The position numbers and the translations under genes are program-made. A DNA stretch of 62,844 nt, the filler included, from Stramenopiles sp. TOSAG23-2 (Eukaryota), in assembly GCA_900128395.1 (NCBI GenBank). It is 17 parts of 17 records of this genome, joined end to end, with 100 filler letters (N's around TTAATTAATTAA, not from the genome) between each part and the next. Parts side by side here need not be neighbours in the genome. Positions count along the whole stretch, not along the records: positions 8,137 to 12,100 come from LT651040.1; positions 12,201 to 16,149 come from LT651041.1; positions 16,250 to 20,198 come from LT651042.1; positions 20,299 to 24,239 come from LT651043.1; 13 more parts are not named here. One strand, given 5' to 3'. Shown one piece after another: positions 10,848 to 20,557 of this stretch. Each line of letters begins with the position of its first letter. Position 1 is the first letter of the stretch. Below the pieces are notes generated by a model. The model ran no database searches. It was given only the letters and a program-made list of their open reading frames with translations, and was not told the origin of the DNA.

Positions 10848-12089
10848 TTTAGTGTATGCGATCATCATCGTTTTAAAATCTTCTGCTTTTTCTTGTTTAA
10901 AACGATCAAATTCTTTAAACAATGTTTGCTGAACTTCATGAAATTCACGTTTTTTCTTCTCTTCAGTACTTTGTGCCTCAACAACAGCATCCATCGCTTG
11001 TTGTGCTTTATCTTCTTTACCTGGCACGCCTACCAAACGTTGATGTGCATCGACACGTGATTCATGGTTTGATTTTGCAAGTAAATATGCATTTAATGCC
11101 TCGTTGCGTTGTCCAATTGCTACTTTCACGCTCATTACAACACGTATGTAATCTTTCAATTGTTCTTCAAAACTTTCACATTCCTTATCAGCAGTTTCTT
11201 TTGCTAATACGGACAAACTATCTGCAGTATGTCCCATTTTGGTCAATGCGGCACGTAAAGTTACGCCATTATCAGCTTGTCCCATCAATGTGAATGATAA
11301 TCCAAAGTCAAAAAGTGATGTGCCTAAATCTAATTCGCGTTTGATAACACCAGTAGTTTGACGATGTACGGATTGTAATTGTGGCTCTAACGTTGCGATG
11401 TACTGTGCAATCTCATCGAATTTCACATCATCTTGAGTTCGCTCCAATTTAACACTACCACGTACATTGTTCAAAGTCGATGTTGCCGTATCGGTTAACC
11501 ATCCAAAAAATCCTTTTGATTTAGAATTTGCTTCTTGTTTTGCTGCTGTTTTTTGTATAAGAAGGCCATCATCTTTTGCTTCTAAAAATGCTTTAAAATG
11601 ATCGCTTTTTCTTAAAACGGAGTGATTTGCAATTCTGTTCAAACAATGTTCCAATGCACGTCGCCTCGTTTCGATGAAGGATGGCGTGAACCTACCAACC
11701 ACACTTTTCTCTGGCAAAGGTGGTATGATATATCCTTTAAAATCTCTGGTTAATTGGGATATTAACCATACAAAATCAGAATAACGACGAATAACACTAA
11801 ATTGACTCATATCAAACTCGGGTAAATCCGTTTTCGTATTGATCTTATACGATATAAATGCTTTTAATCCATCGCCTTGTTTCACCGGATCACTGACAGA
11901 GATACTCAAAATTTTCCCTTGTTCCGTTTTTGCTGGTACTTTCCTTGCTTGCACTACTGGTGCACTATTTGTATTATTATTTTCCATATTCACCTCTGAC
12001 ATATTATTATTATTATCGTCATTTGCTGTGGTAATAGGTACCGATGTTGTCGATGCATATGGATTATTATCCGTTGCTAATGTCGCCAT
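10791..12089 (-). CDS. SNX1: PX-BAR sorting nexin (SNX1/2/Vps5-like)
   Basis: PX motifs ISVSDP, VIRRYSDFVWL, IIPPLPEKS, FIETRRRALE, followed by a helical BAR region ending EFDRFKQEKAEDFK; last residues may be chimeric. Confidence 0.9.
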   Translation of the reverse strand: MATLATDNNPYASTTSVPITTANDDNNNNMSEVNMENNNTNSAPVVQARKVPAKTEQGKILSISVSDPVKQGDGLKAFISYKINTKTDLPEFDMSQFSVIRRYSDFVWLISQLTRDFKGYIIPPLPEKSVVGRFTPSFIETRRRALEHCLNRIANHSVLRKSDHFKAFLEAKDDGLLIQKTAAKQEANSKSKGFFGWLTDTATSTLNNVRGSVKLERTQDDVKFDEIAQYIATLEPQLQSVHRQTTGVIKRELDLGTSLFDFGLSFTLMGQADNGVTLRAALTKMGHTADSLSVLAKETADKECESFEEQLKDYIRVVMSVKVAIGQRNEALNAYLLAKSNHESRVDAHQRLVGVPGKEDKAQQAMDAVVEAQSTEEKKKREFHEVQQTLFKEFDRFKQEKAEDFKTMMIAYTKLRIEHCKADIVTYWQETM

Positions 12090-12751
12090 GAGTGTTTTGA
12101 NNNNNNNNNNNNNNNNNNNNNNNNNNNNNNNNNNNNNNNNNNNNTTAATTAATTAANNNNNNNNNNNNNNNNNNNNNNNNNNNNNNNNNNNNNNNNNNNN
12201 TCGGTATTGTACGCTGTACGTAAATCATAATGAATTAATAATAGAGAAAGAGTCTGACGACGCAGACTAGAATACAAAGTTAAAATAAATATCCCTTAAA
12301 TGAAAATGCACAAATATAGAATGCTGTATTTTTCTTCTCTCTCTCCGAACGCACGAACCAGACGACAGTTCAAAAGCCAAGCAAAAAGCAAAAGCCACAT
12401 CCTATCATTAATTGAATTAATAGTATACCATTTTATAGTCTAGACGATATTCAGAATCTGTTATTCTTAATGCGTTTTATGGTTTTTGCAGCCTCCGGGG
12501 CACATCTAACTGTATTAAAAATACGATAGAAATAGTATTAGCTTGTTTCCACATCAAATATTATCTCTATCTCAAAAGCCCTAAACTTGTATAGGCAAGC
12601 AAATATAATTAATAAAATTAATAGATAGATAGATAAACAGATGAAGATAGATCAATAAATATATATATATATATATATAACAAATCAAATATTCATTTAG
12701 AAATCAAACAACGAAGTTATAAATAACAAACAATATTATAGTTAAAACAAA

Positions 12752-13235
12752 ATGGCAGCACAAGGGGCAACATTACAAAATTACAATAACCAATTGGTTA
12801 AATGTAAGTAGAACTTATACATATTTTTGGATAATTTCATATTATATTTGCTTCACTTTTCCTATTTTATTTCTCTCACACACATATATATATATGTATA
12901 TATATACACACATTTCTAACCATTAATCTTTCATACACACACACACATTAGGCATTGAGGATTTGCGTGAAAAACGTGAGGAAGTCAACAGGCAAATCTT
13001 AAAAGAAGAAGAAGAAAAAGCTAAAATTCAGAAAGACTTAAGTATTCTTACAGACAGATTATCAAAAATAAACGAAAGTTTATCACGCAAAAATCAAGCT
13101 CGTAATGAATATGACAAGACCATCCAAGAAACAGAAGCTGCATACATGAAAATTTTGGAAAGTTCACAAACATTATTACATGTACTTAAACGCGAAAGTG
13201 TCAATCTTACAAAAAAGCAGTCGTCCTCTCAATAA
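12752..13235 (+). CDS. SSNA1: SSNA1/NA14/DIP13 centriolar-flagellar coiled-coil protein, 2 exons (12752-12803, 12952-13235)
   Basis: Spliced product [28 protein letters not shown]...[29 protein letters not shown]...TAG intron 12804-12951 with CTAAC at 12916. Confidence 0.95.
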
Positions 13236-13780
13236 AGTAAATTGTATTTTGGCAATATAAAAATATCTTAGAATCACAAAGAAAAAAAAATATATATATA
13301 TATATTATACATGGTGGAGGATAATACAACACAATATATATATATAAACATATACAAAAAGCTGAAGAAGAAAGGGTGGCGTGTGAATTTAAAACAAATT
13401 TTATATTATTTATATAATATATATATATATATATATATTATATGTGTTCAAATTTAAATGATGTGTCTTCGCATATATTAATTTTCAAGATATACACATT
13501 ATTTTACGTCATACATATGTATATGTCATATTTGTATTTCTATGATATATCATAATGGTATGCATATGATAGTATGATAAAATTTATGATATTTAATACA
13601 GATATCATATGATATGCATAAAAAAATTATGATATTATCAAAAGACATATATATAATAATATTAAATATGATATATGTGCCATATATCAAATATATATAT
13701 TTTTAAAATATTAAAAAATACGAAGTATTTACTTCGTAATATATATATATAAATGCAAATATGTCCGTACTCTCTTCGTA

Positions 13781-15412
13781 TTACATAAATGGAGACCTTC
13801 TTCTGCCTCTACCACCCATACCACCCATTCCACCACCACCACCACCAAACATTTGAAAAATAATATTTGGGTCTATTCCACCCATACCACCATGTCCATG
13901 TCCAAAACCACCACTTCTACCACCTTGATTGATCTCCTCTAGATCCATTCCTTGATCATACATTCGACGTTTACTTGGATCGCTCAAAATTTCTAATCCC
14001 TCTGCACAATCTTTAAACATTTGTGTAGCAATTGCTTTTTCTTCCTCTGTTTTCCTAGCTTGTCGATCTGGGTGATATTTTAATGCTGCTTTTTTATAGG
14101 CTTTTTTAATTTGTTCCTCCGTAGCTCGCTCTGATACACCTAAAAGTTTATAATAATCTTTTCTTTTCGCTTTTTTCAATTGCAATTTGGTATCTCGTAT
14201 CGACCGTTCGCAATCCCTACCTGCACTGGACTCCTCACCTAACATTTGCTGTGCTTGTTGATAATCTCGTAATGCCTCTTCCAAAGATTCGACTGTACCA
14301 ATAGATTTGTAACATTGCGCTCGTCGCATATACGCCTTTACATAATCTTTTTGATAATCAATAGCTTGCGTACAATCTTTGATTGCATCTTGGTATTTTT
14401 TTAAATATGTTAAACATGCTGCTCGATTGCATAATAATTTTGCATTGAACAATTTATTTTGTGGGTCGATATTTAAACAATCTGAATACGTAGTGATTGC
14501 ATCTGCCCACTTTCGTTTCTTGAAACAGTCATTGCCTTCCGTTTTCATATTTTCCAATTTCCTCATTTTACGTATCTCAATCATACATTCCTTATTATCA
14601 GGATCCATTCTCATAATATTTTTCATAACTTGAATAGCTTTTTCAAATTCTCCACGGTAATATTGCGCTTTTGCACGCCAAAACAAAGCTTTTGCGTCTT
14701 TACTGTCGTTACGCAATAATGATGTAGTCAGTGCATACGCTTCGTCATATTTACCAGTGCCAACTAATGCCTCTGCTTTCATTTGTTTCAAATCTTTCGA
14801 TGCTGCACAATGCTCTTGTGCACTATGTAAATAAGACAGTGCATGGGCATATTTACCTTCATTTAAATTGGAACGTGCTTTTTCAAGTCTAGCTTTGGAT
14901 AATTTAATTTTCGTTCTTTCATTTGGCACATCGGTACTACGTACATCCCGTAAGTACAATTGGGTCAAATTTTCCTCCGCTTTGTCGAAATTGCCTAAGG
15001 ATAAATGTGCTTTTGCTAAACGCAAATATGCTTTAAGAAAATCTTTATTAAGCTCAATAGCAATTTCACAGTCTTTCACTACACGTTCATATAAACCTAA
15101 CATTAAAGATGCAGCAGCACGATTTCCATAATATTTATGTTCTTTCGGCATCAATTTGATTGCTTCATCATACTTCTTAATTGCTGCAAAATAATCTTTC
15201 TTCTTATAAAATTCATTCCCTTCACTTTTAAACATATCGGCTTGTTCCTCTATAGGTATTTCTTCTTCTTCCTCCTCTTCTGAATCTTCTTCATCTTCCC
15301 ACTCTTCCTCTTCATTATTGATATCTTCGTAGTTACCTAAATCTTCAAATTCTTCATCTTCATCATCGGAATTATATACATCTTTCCTCGTATTGTCTGC
15401 AACATCTACCAT
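13781..15412 (-). CDS. DNAJC7: TPR + J-domain co-chaperone, DNAJC7-like
   Basis: Multiple TPRs (KSEGNEFYK, NRAA), KRKDYYKLLGV...KYHPD J-domain, G/F-rich tail; likely start MVDVAD at 15412. Confidence 0.95.
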   Translation of the reverse strand: MVDVADNTRKDVYNSDDEDEEFEDLGNYEDINNEEEEWEDEEDSEEEEEEEIPIEEQADMFKSEGNEFYKKKDYFAAIKKYDEAIKLMPKEHKYYGNRAAASLMLGLYERVVKDCEIAIELNKDFLKAYLRLAKAHLSLGNFDKAEENLTQLYLRDVRSTDVPNERTKIKLSKARLEKARSNLNEGKYAHALSYLHSAQEHCAASKDLKQMKAEALVGTGKYDEAYALTTSLLRNDSKDAKALFWRAKAQYYRGEFEKAIQVMKNIMRMDPDNKECMIEIRKMRKLENMKTEGNDCFKKRKWADAITTYSDCLNIDPQNKLFNAKLLCNRAACLTYLKKYQDAIKDCTQAIDYQKDYVKAYMRRAQCYKSIGTVESLEEALRDYQQAQQMLGEESSAGRDCERSIRDTKLQLKKAKRKDYYKLLGVSERATEEQIKKAYKKAALKYHPDRQARKTEEEKAIATQMFKDCAEGLEILSDPSKRRMYDQGMDLEEINQGGRSGGFGHGHGGMGGIDPNIIFQMFGGGGGGMGGMGGRGRRRSPFM

Positions 15413-16251
15413 ATTGTTTGTTATTATACTAGAACCTATATATTTAGTTGCTGTTTGTGTATAAACATACAATATAATATTGTAATACGTCTATTATTCT
15501 CCAATTCAATATATTTCTTAGTTTTATTATTATTCATACATCACGCAAACAAAAGCTATATTTATAAAAATGTTGGTGCACCACCACCACGTACGATACC
15601 GTACAGTATTAATGCTATTTACATCTTAATCCCGAAACACATATTATAGCTAGCGAATGGTTTTGGTGATCGAGGAGGCCGGTGCTTTGCGGATTGCCAG
15701 ATTGCCTGGATTGATTTATTGATTGCCAGGATTGCACGACTGCCACAGACCACCAGGCTGGAAGGCCATCAGAAGGCGGCTGGAAGGCCAGAAGGAACTG
15801 CACAGCCTATTATACCTGGTGATAATTCTAATAATTGAAATAATACAAATAAGTAATTTAAAATACGAAACGCCGTGGAAGGCGAGGACCCCTGCCCCAA
15901 GAAGAAAGGGGTTTGTAGCAGTGTTGGGATTGGATGAAAATTTAAGGGTGGAAATGTCGTTAAAGTGGTATGGGAAAATAGTGGATTGGTGAATTATATT
16001 AGTATGTATATAGCATTGGTGTTCGACCTTAATTAGAAGAAGAGGATTGAGAGTGAGTAATGAAAAATTATTTTAAAATAAAAGTAATACTGTTTTCATT
16101 TATAGTGGAGTAATAAAAAATAATTTAAAAAAACGAAATGGTTTATTGANNNNNNNNNNNNNNNNNNNNNNNNNNNNNNNNNNNNNNNNNNNNTTAATTA
16201 ATTAANNNNNNNNNNNNNNNNNNNNNNNNNNNNNNNNNNNNNNNNNNNNAT

Positions 16252-17265
16252 AATTTATATGTTGAAGTGACAGATACCATTAAATACGAAGGTTATTTAC
16301 ATAATGGTATGCTTAAATTATTAAAGTCATTGAAACATATTCGTTCAAGCAAAAAACAATTAGCAACAAATTTAGTCAATACATTTTTCAAAAGCGTTTC
16401 AACATGTGGTCCACGCATTATGGATGCCCCGGGTGCAAAAGATAAAAAGAAATTATGTGAATTGTTTATTCCGTACCAACATTCCATGGCACAATTTTAC
16501 AATTTAATTGAAAGCTTGTATACACAAACGCTGCCGATTCAAACATCGTTTTTAGAAACCATGGAGGTATTGCGCAAACGTTCGACAGCAGCACGGGTTG
16601 GCAAAAATAATATACAAAACGTGATGCAAATGAAACCTAAAGCTACTGCACAAGCGACATGTACTGGTGGTTCGGAGTGGGTTTCGTCAAAGCTGAAAGA
16701 GAAGAAGAAATTCTTTTGTAGAGGATACAACCATTTGGATTTAAGCAAGGATACCAACATCAGAAATGTGGCCGTACAGTATTTGAAACAGGATATCAAT
16801 ATAATGGATACAGAAATGTTGCGGTTGTCCAAGCAATTGCGCTATTGGGTGACCGATGACTCATGCCCATCCCCATTGTTTGAAGCCAAAGATATTTCAA
16901 TACAACGGGTTGCAATGGATGCCTTGGGCACTAAAAAAGAATGGGTTGCCGTGGTGAATCTAAACACCGAAGATAAAAATGGGTATTTGCAAAGCGAGTT
17001 GCCGCGTTGTGAAAGTGAAAAACGCTATTTGATTGGTGCTAAGCTGAAAGTCAAAGCCTACGTGGATAATGAGAATTGTTGCCTAGGTGAAGTAAGCTAC
17101 AAAAAATGTATTGATGGCTGTGAAAATAAGTTAAAGAAATTGAAAGACAAAGACCACAAACATTATTCCAAAGATGTGAAGTTGACGGGAACGCAATACA
17201 GGGTGGACGATTCACATGGGGGTAGGAGGAGGCGGTTGTTACAACAAGGAAATGATGGATGCTAA
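16252..17265 (+). CDS. Cys-containing protein, C-terminal part, ending RRRRLLQQGNDGC (5' truncated)
   Basis: Frame open from the contig start for >330 codons; no family recognised; C-terminal motif shared with the 28523-30755 protein. Confidence 0.8.
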   Translation, partial: NLYVEVTDTIKYEGYLHNGMLKLLKSLKHIRSSKKQLATNLVNTFFKSVSTCGPRIMDAPGAKDKKKLCELFIPYQHSMAQFYNLIESLYTQTLPIQTSFLETMEVLRKRSTAARVGKNNIQNVMQMKPKATAQATCTGGSEWVSSKLKEKKKFFCRGYNHLDLSKDTNIRNVAVQYLKQDINIMDTEMLRLSKQLRYWVTDDSCPSPLFEAKDISIQRVAMDALGTKKEWVAVVNLNTEDKNGYLQSELPRCESEKRYLIGAKLKVKAYVDNENCCLGEVSYKKCIDGCENKLKKLKDKDHKHYSKDVKLTGTQYRVDDSHGGRRRRLLQQGNDGC

Positions 17266-17731
17266 AAAATGTTCTGCGCTTGTTTTTATAACTTCTTCTT
17301 CTTTATTTTAAGACCCGGTTTATCTGAGCTGAGAGAGAGAGGACTTCCAGTGTTGTCCAAATAAAATTTTATATTTTTTACTTTATAAATAAATGTACAA
17401 AATTACAAATACTATTTTACTATCAAACCTCGTCGTGCACTATAATTCCTACATAGATCTGGCATTAGTCGAGCAAAATCAATCATTTTTGGAAAGTTTA
17501 ATTATAATGGTATGTCTATGTTATATTCAATGTTCTTCCTAAATAACCAAATAACCATGGACCATCCAACTGGTATGTATTATTTATGGTGAGAAAAGAT
17601 AAAGATGTACAGTCGGGTGGGATATAAAGAGATATACATAAAGGAACGGATTCGTGTGCCAGTATTGGGTAGTAATTTATTTATATAATTTGTTATTGTT
17701 ATATTGTGTCACTATAGATTTGATTTAAAAG

Positions 17732-18616
17732 ATGGTTTTTTTTATATGTGATGTATGCCAAGAAACGTTGAAAAAAAGTGCAGTTGATAAACATTGCATG
17801 CGGTGTAGGGATTGTTGGTATTTAAGTTGTGTTGATTGTGGAAAAGTATTTGCTGGGGAAGAATATCGTAGTCATACCAGTTGTATAAGCGAGGCGGAAA
17901 AATACCAAGGTGCTTTGTACAGGGGCAATAAGAAAAAAAATGGCAAAGTAGATCCACAAGAAAAATGGATGAATAGTGTTAGAAAAGCTGCAACTTCTTC
18001 GAAAGGATCAAGAACCATTGTTGATATGTTGCGTTATTTAAATAATCAAGATAACATACCAAGGAAAGAGAAAAAATTTATGAATTATTTAAAAAATAGT
18101 TATCGTCAACCAGGTGCACAAAGTGAATTTAAAAAAGTATGGGATATTATTTATAAAATTCATAATGAAGATAATCCAAAAACAAATAATAATAATAATT
18201 CAAATGTTAAAAAAACAGAAGATGATGATAAAAAGATCAACAACAACAATAAAAGAACGATTGATAATATTATTAATAATAATAATGATGAAGCAGAGAA
18301 TAATAATAATAAAAAGAAACAAAAAAAAGTTGTTGAAGAAGATGGAATAGTTGAAAAAAACAATGATAAGAAAGAAATTACTGAATGGAAATCATGGAAA
18401 AGTACAATACGTACTACGTTACGTAATCAAGAAGATCGCCAAGGCGATTTTAAAAGCATACGAAAACTGGTGTTAAAATTATATAAAAAATTCAATAAAG
18501 AAGATGCAACAACTAAATCAAAAAAAGAATTGAAAAATATATTTATGGACAAGTTAAAGAAAGACAATAAACGTATTCAAATAAACGATGAAGTGACTGT
18601 GTTAAAATTGATATAA
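17732..18616 (+). CDS. LYAR: LYAR-type C2HC zinc-finger nucleolar protein
   Basis: MVFFICDVCQETLKK...HC..C....LSCVDCGKVF...YRSHTSCISEAEKYQG; NIPRKEKKFMNY. Confidence 0.93.
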   Translation: MVFFICDVCQETLKKSAVDKHCMRCRDCWYLSCVDCGKVFAGEEYRSHTSCISEAEKYQGALYRGNKKKNGKVDPQEKWMNSVRKAATSSKGSRTIVDMLRYLNNQDNIPRKEKKFMNYLKNSYRQPGAQSEFKKVWDIIYKIHNEDNPKTNNNNNSNVKKTEDDDKKINNNNKRTIDNIINNNNDEAENNNNKKKQKKVVEEDGIVEKNNDKKEITEWKSWKSTIRTTLRNQEDRQGDFKSIRKLVLKLYKKFNKEDATTKSKKELKNIFMDKLKKDNKRIQINDEVTVLKLI

Positions 18617-18765
18617 AAAAAACATATGGCGTGGAAACGTGTTCGTAAAATTAAGCGACGATTTTTATGATTTTATACATGCGCATCACACGTAACTCTC
18701 AGTTTGTGTGTGAGTAATTTTATATAATTATATATATTTTTATAAAAATATACGCGTCGTTCGTA

Positions 18766-19371
18766 TTATTTTTCACCACCACCACCACCTTCCAATGCAT
18801 CTGCATCATTTACTATTTCTTCTTCCATATTTTCTCTTCTTTCTTTTTCTCGTTTTAATTTTCTTTGCTCTAATAACCATTTACGTTGACGATATTCCAA
18901 CAACGCACGTTCTTTCTCTGCTTCTTCTTTTTTCTTTGCATCTATAATCCATTGATATTTGGATTGATTCAAACCAAAAAAATTAGCTGCAATTTCACCT
19001 GCAAATTCCATACCTTTAAACGTACTATATCCCATAGAATGAATATTATGCCATACTTTTTCTTTTGCGTCCAGTTCATCCGAGTTACCTTCAAAATCAT
19101 CATCCCAATAATATACAGGTTCCTCCTCTGGTGCTTCATCACGCCTTTTTGCATCTTCAAATATTTGTGCCAACGCTTGCCCAGTTGGTCGTAACCTTTT
19201 ATATGTTTCTAGTTTTATCCCACCAATGGTTTCCTGCCCTTCAAGTAATTCAGTTTCAATTTTATTATTATTATTGTTATCACTTTTTTTATTATTTACT
19301 ATAGTATTATTATCCTCATCATTTTTATCTTTTCCACCATCATTTTGTGATGGAGATACAATGGACGTCAT
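18766..19371 (-). CDS. FAM177-family protein
   Basis: MEFAGEIAANFFGLNQSKYQWIID followed by a charged helix resembles the FAM177 core (DFLGEKIASxLGIxxPKYQYAID); likely start MTSIVS. Confidence 0.7.
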   Translation of the reverse strand: MTSIVSPSQNDGGKDKNDEDNNTIVNNKKSDNNNNNKIETELLEGQETIGGIKLETYKRLRPTGQALAQIFEDAKRRDEAPEEEPVYYWDDDFEGNSDELDAKEKVWHNIHSMGYSTFKGMEFAGEIAANFFGLNQSKYQWIIDAKKKEEAEKERALLEYRQRKWLLEQRKLKREKERRENMEEEIVNDADALEGGGGGEK

Positions 19372-19874
19372 TTTCTTCCAAACACACAATCACACACACA
19401 CACACACAAATTTTCTCACACACGTAAGTATTTATTTGTTGAAATAAATATATATATATATACCAACTCGCTTGGCTATTATATATAATATAAATAGATA
19501 TACCAGAAAAAAAAAATGCAGAAGACACACACACATCTATTTATCTATTTTCAATATTTTAACATAATTTCGGCATTCAAAACCGGCTGTTTTACAACAA
19601 AAAAGAAGAAGTGAAATTTTCACAACATTTAATTGGAAAAATGATACGTAGTTTTTACCTAATTTCCATTCATATTTATGCATAAATACATTTTTATGGA
19701 AGAAATATATCCATACTGTACAATTACAAAATAGGGACGACTAGATAGAATATATATATAATATACTAAAATATCAAAAATGGATATTTATTCATCATCA
19801 CATCAATGCTATTTATGTACTATTACAATGTAAAAAATTTAGAAAATCACGTAAATTTTTTCTAAAGGTGGTCC

Positions 19875-20035
19875 ATCGTATTCACCTGCTATACGGTGGT
19901 AGTATACACTACATAGCATTGTAATTTGTAATTGGTATTTATGATATTATTTGCCGGTGGTCCAACTTCGTACTTATTATATACTAAATACTGTAATATC
20001 CGCACAATGATCGTACAATAGCAGGTGAATACGAT
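19875..20035. repeat. 18-bp perfect inverted repeat ATCGTATTCACCTGCTAT
   Basis: Arms at 19875-19892 and 20018-20035. Confidence 0.9.
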
Positions 20036-20557
20036 ACACCAGGTTTTTGAACAACATGCACACATAGGCGCACAGAGCGATTTATCATCTCACAACTCAC
20101 CACCCATCACATTTATTATATATGAATAAACATATCTTTATTTATTGGCTTTGTTGAACAAACGATTATCAAGAATAACAACGATTACAGTAATTTTTNN
20201 NNNNNNNNNNNNNNNNNNNNNNNNNNNNNNNNNNNNNNNNNNTTAATTAATTAANNNNNNNNNNNNNNNNNNNNNNNNNNNNNNNNNNNNNNNNNNNNAC
20301 ATTTGCTTAGTTTAGTGTTAAGTGAAACTTAAAAAAAGGTGTAATATGTTTGTGTCGAAGAGAATTACTTTTAAAAAATATACTCGTATTCTCGTATAAT
20401 ATACTTACTAAAAATATATACGTAAATAAAATATATTTTATCACGAGAGCGTATTAAAAAATATTTATAAAATACGAGTACAAATATATGTTTATTTATA
20501 GAGTACGAACAAAAAGAATATGGATTTTTATATAACGATCTCACTAGTGTCACCTTT

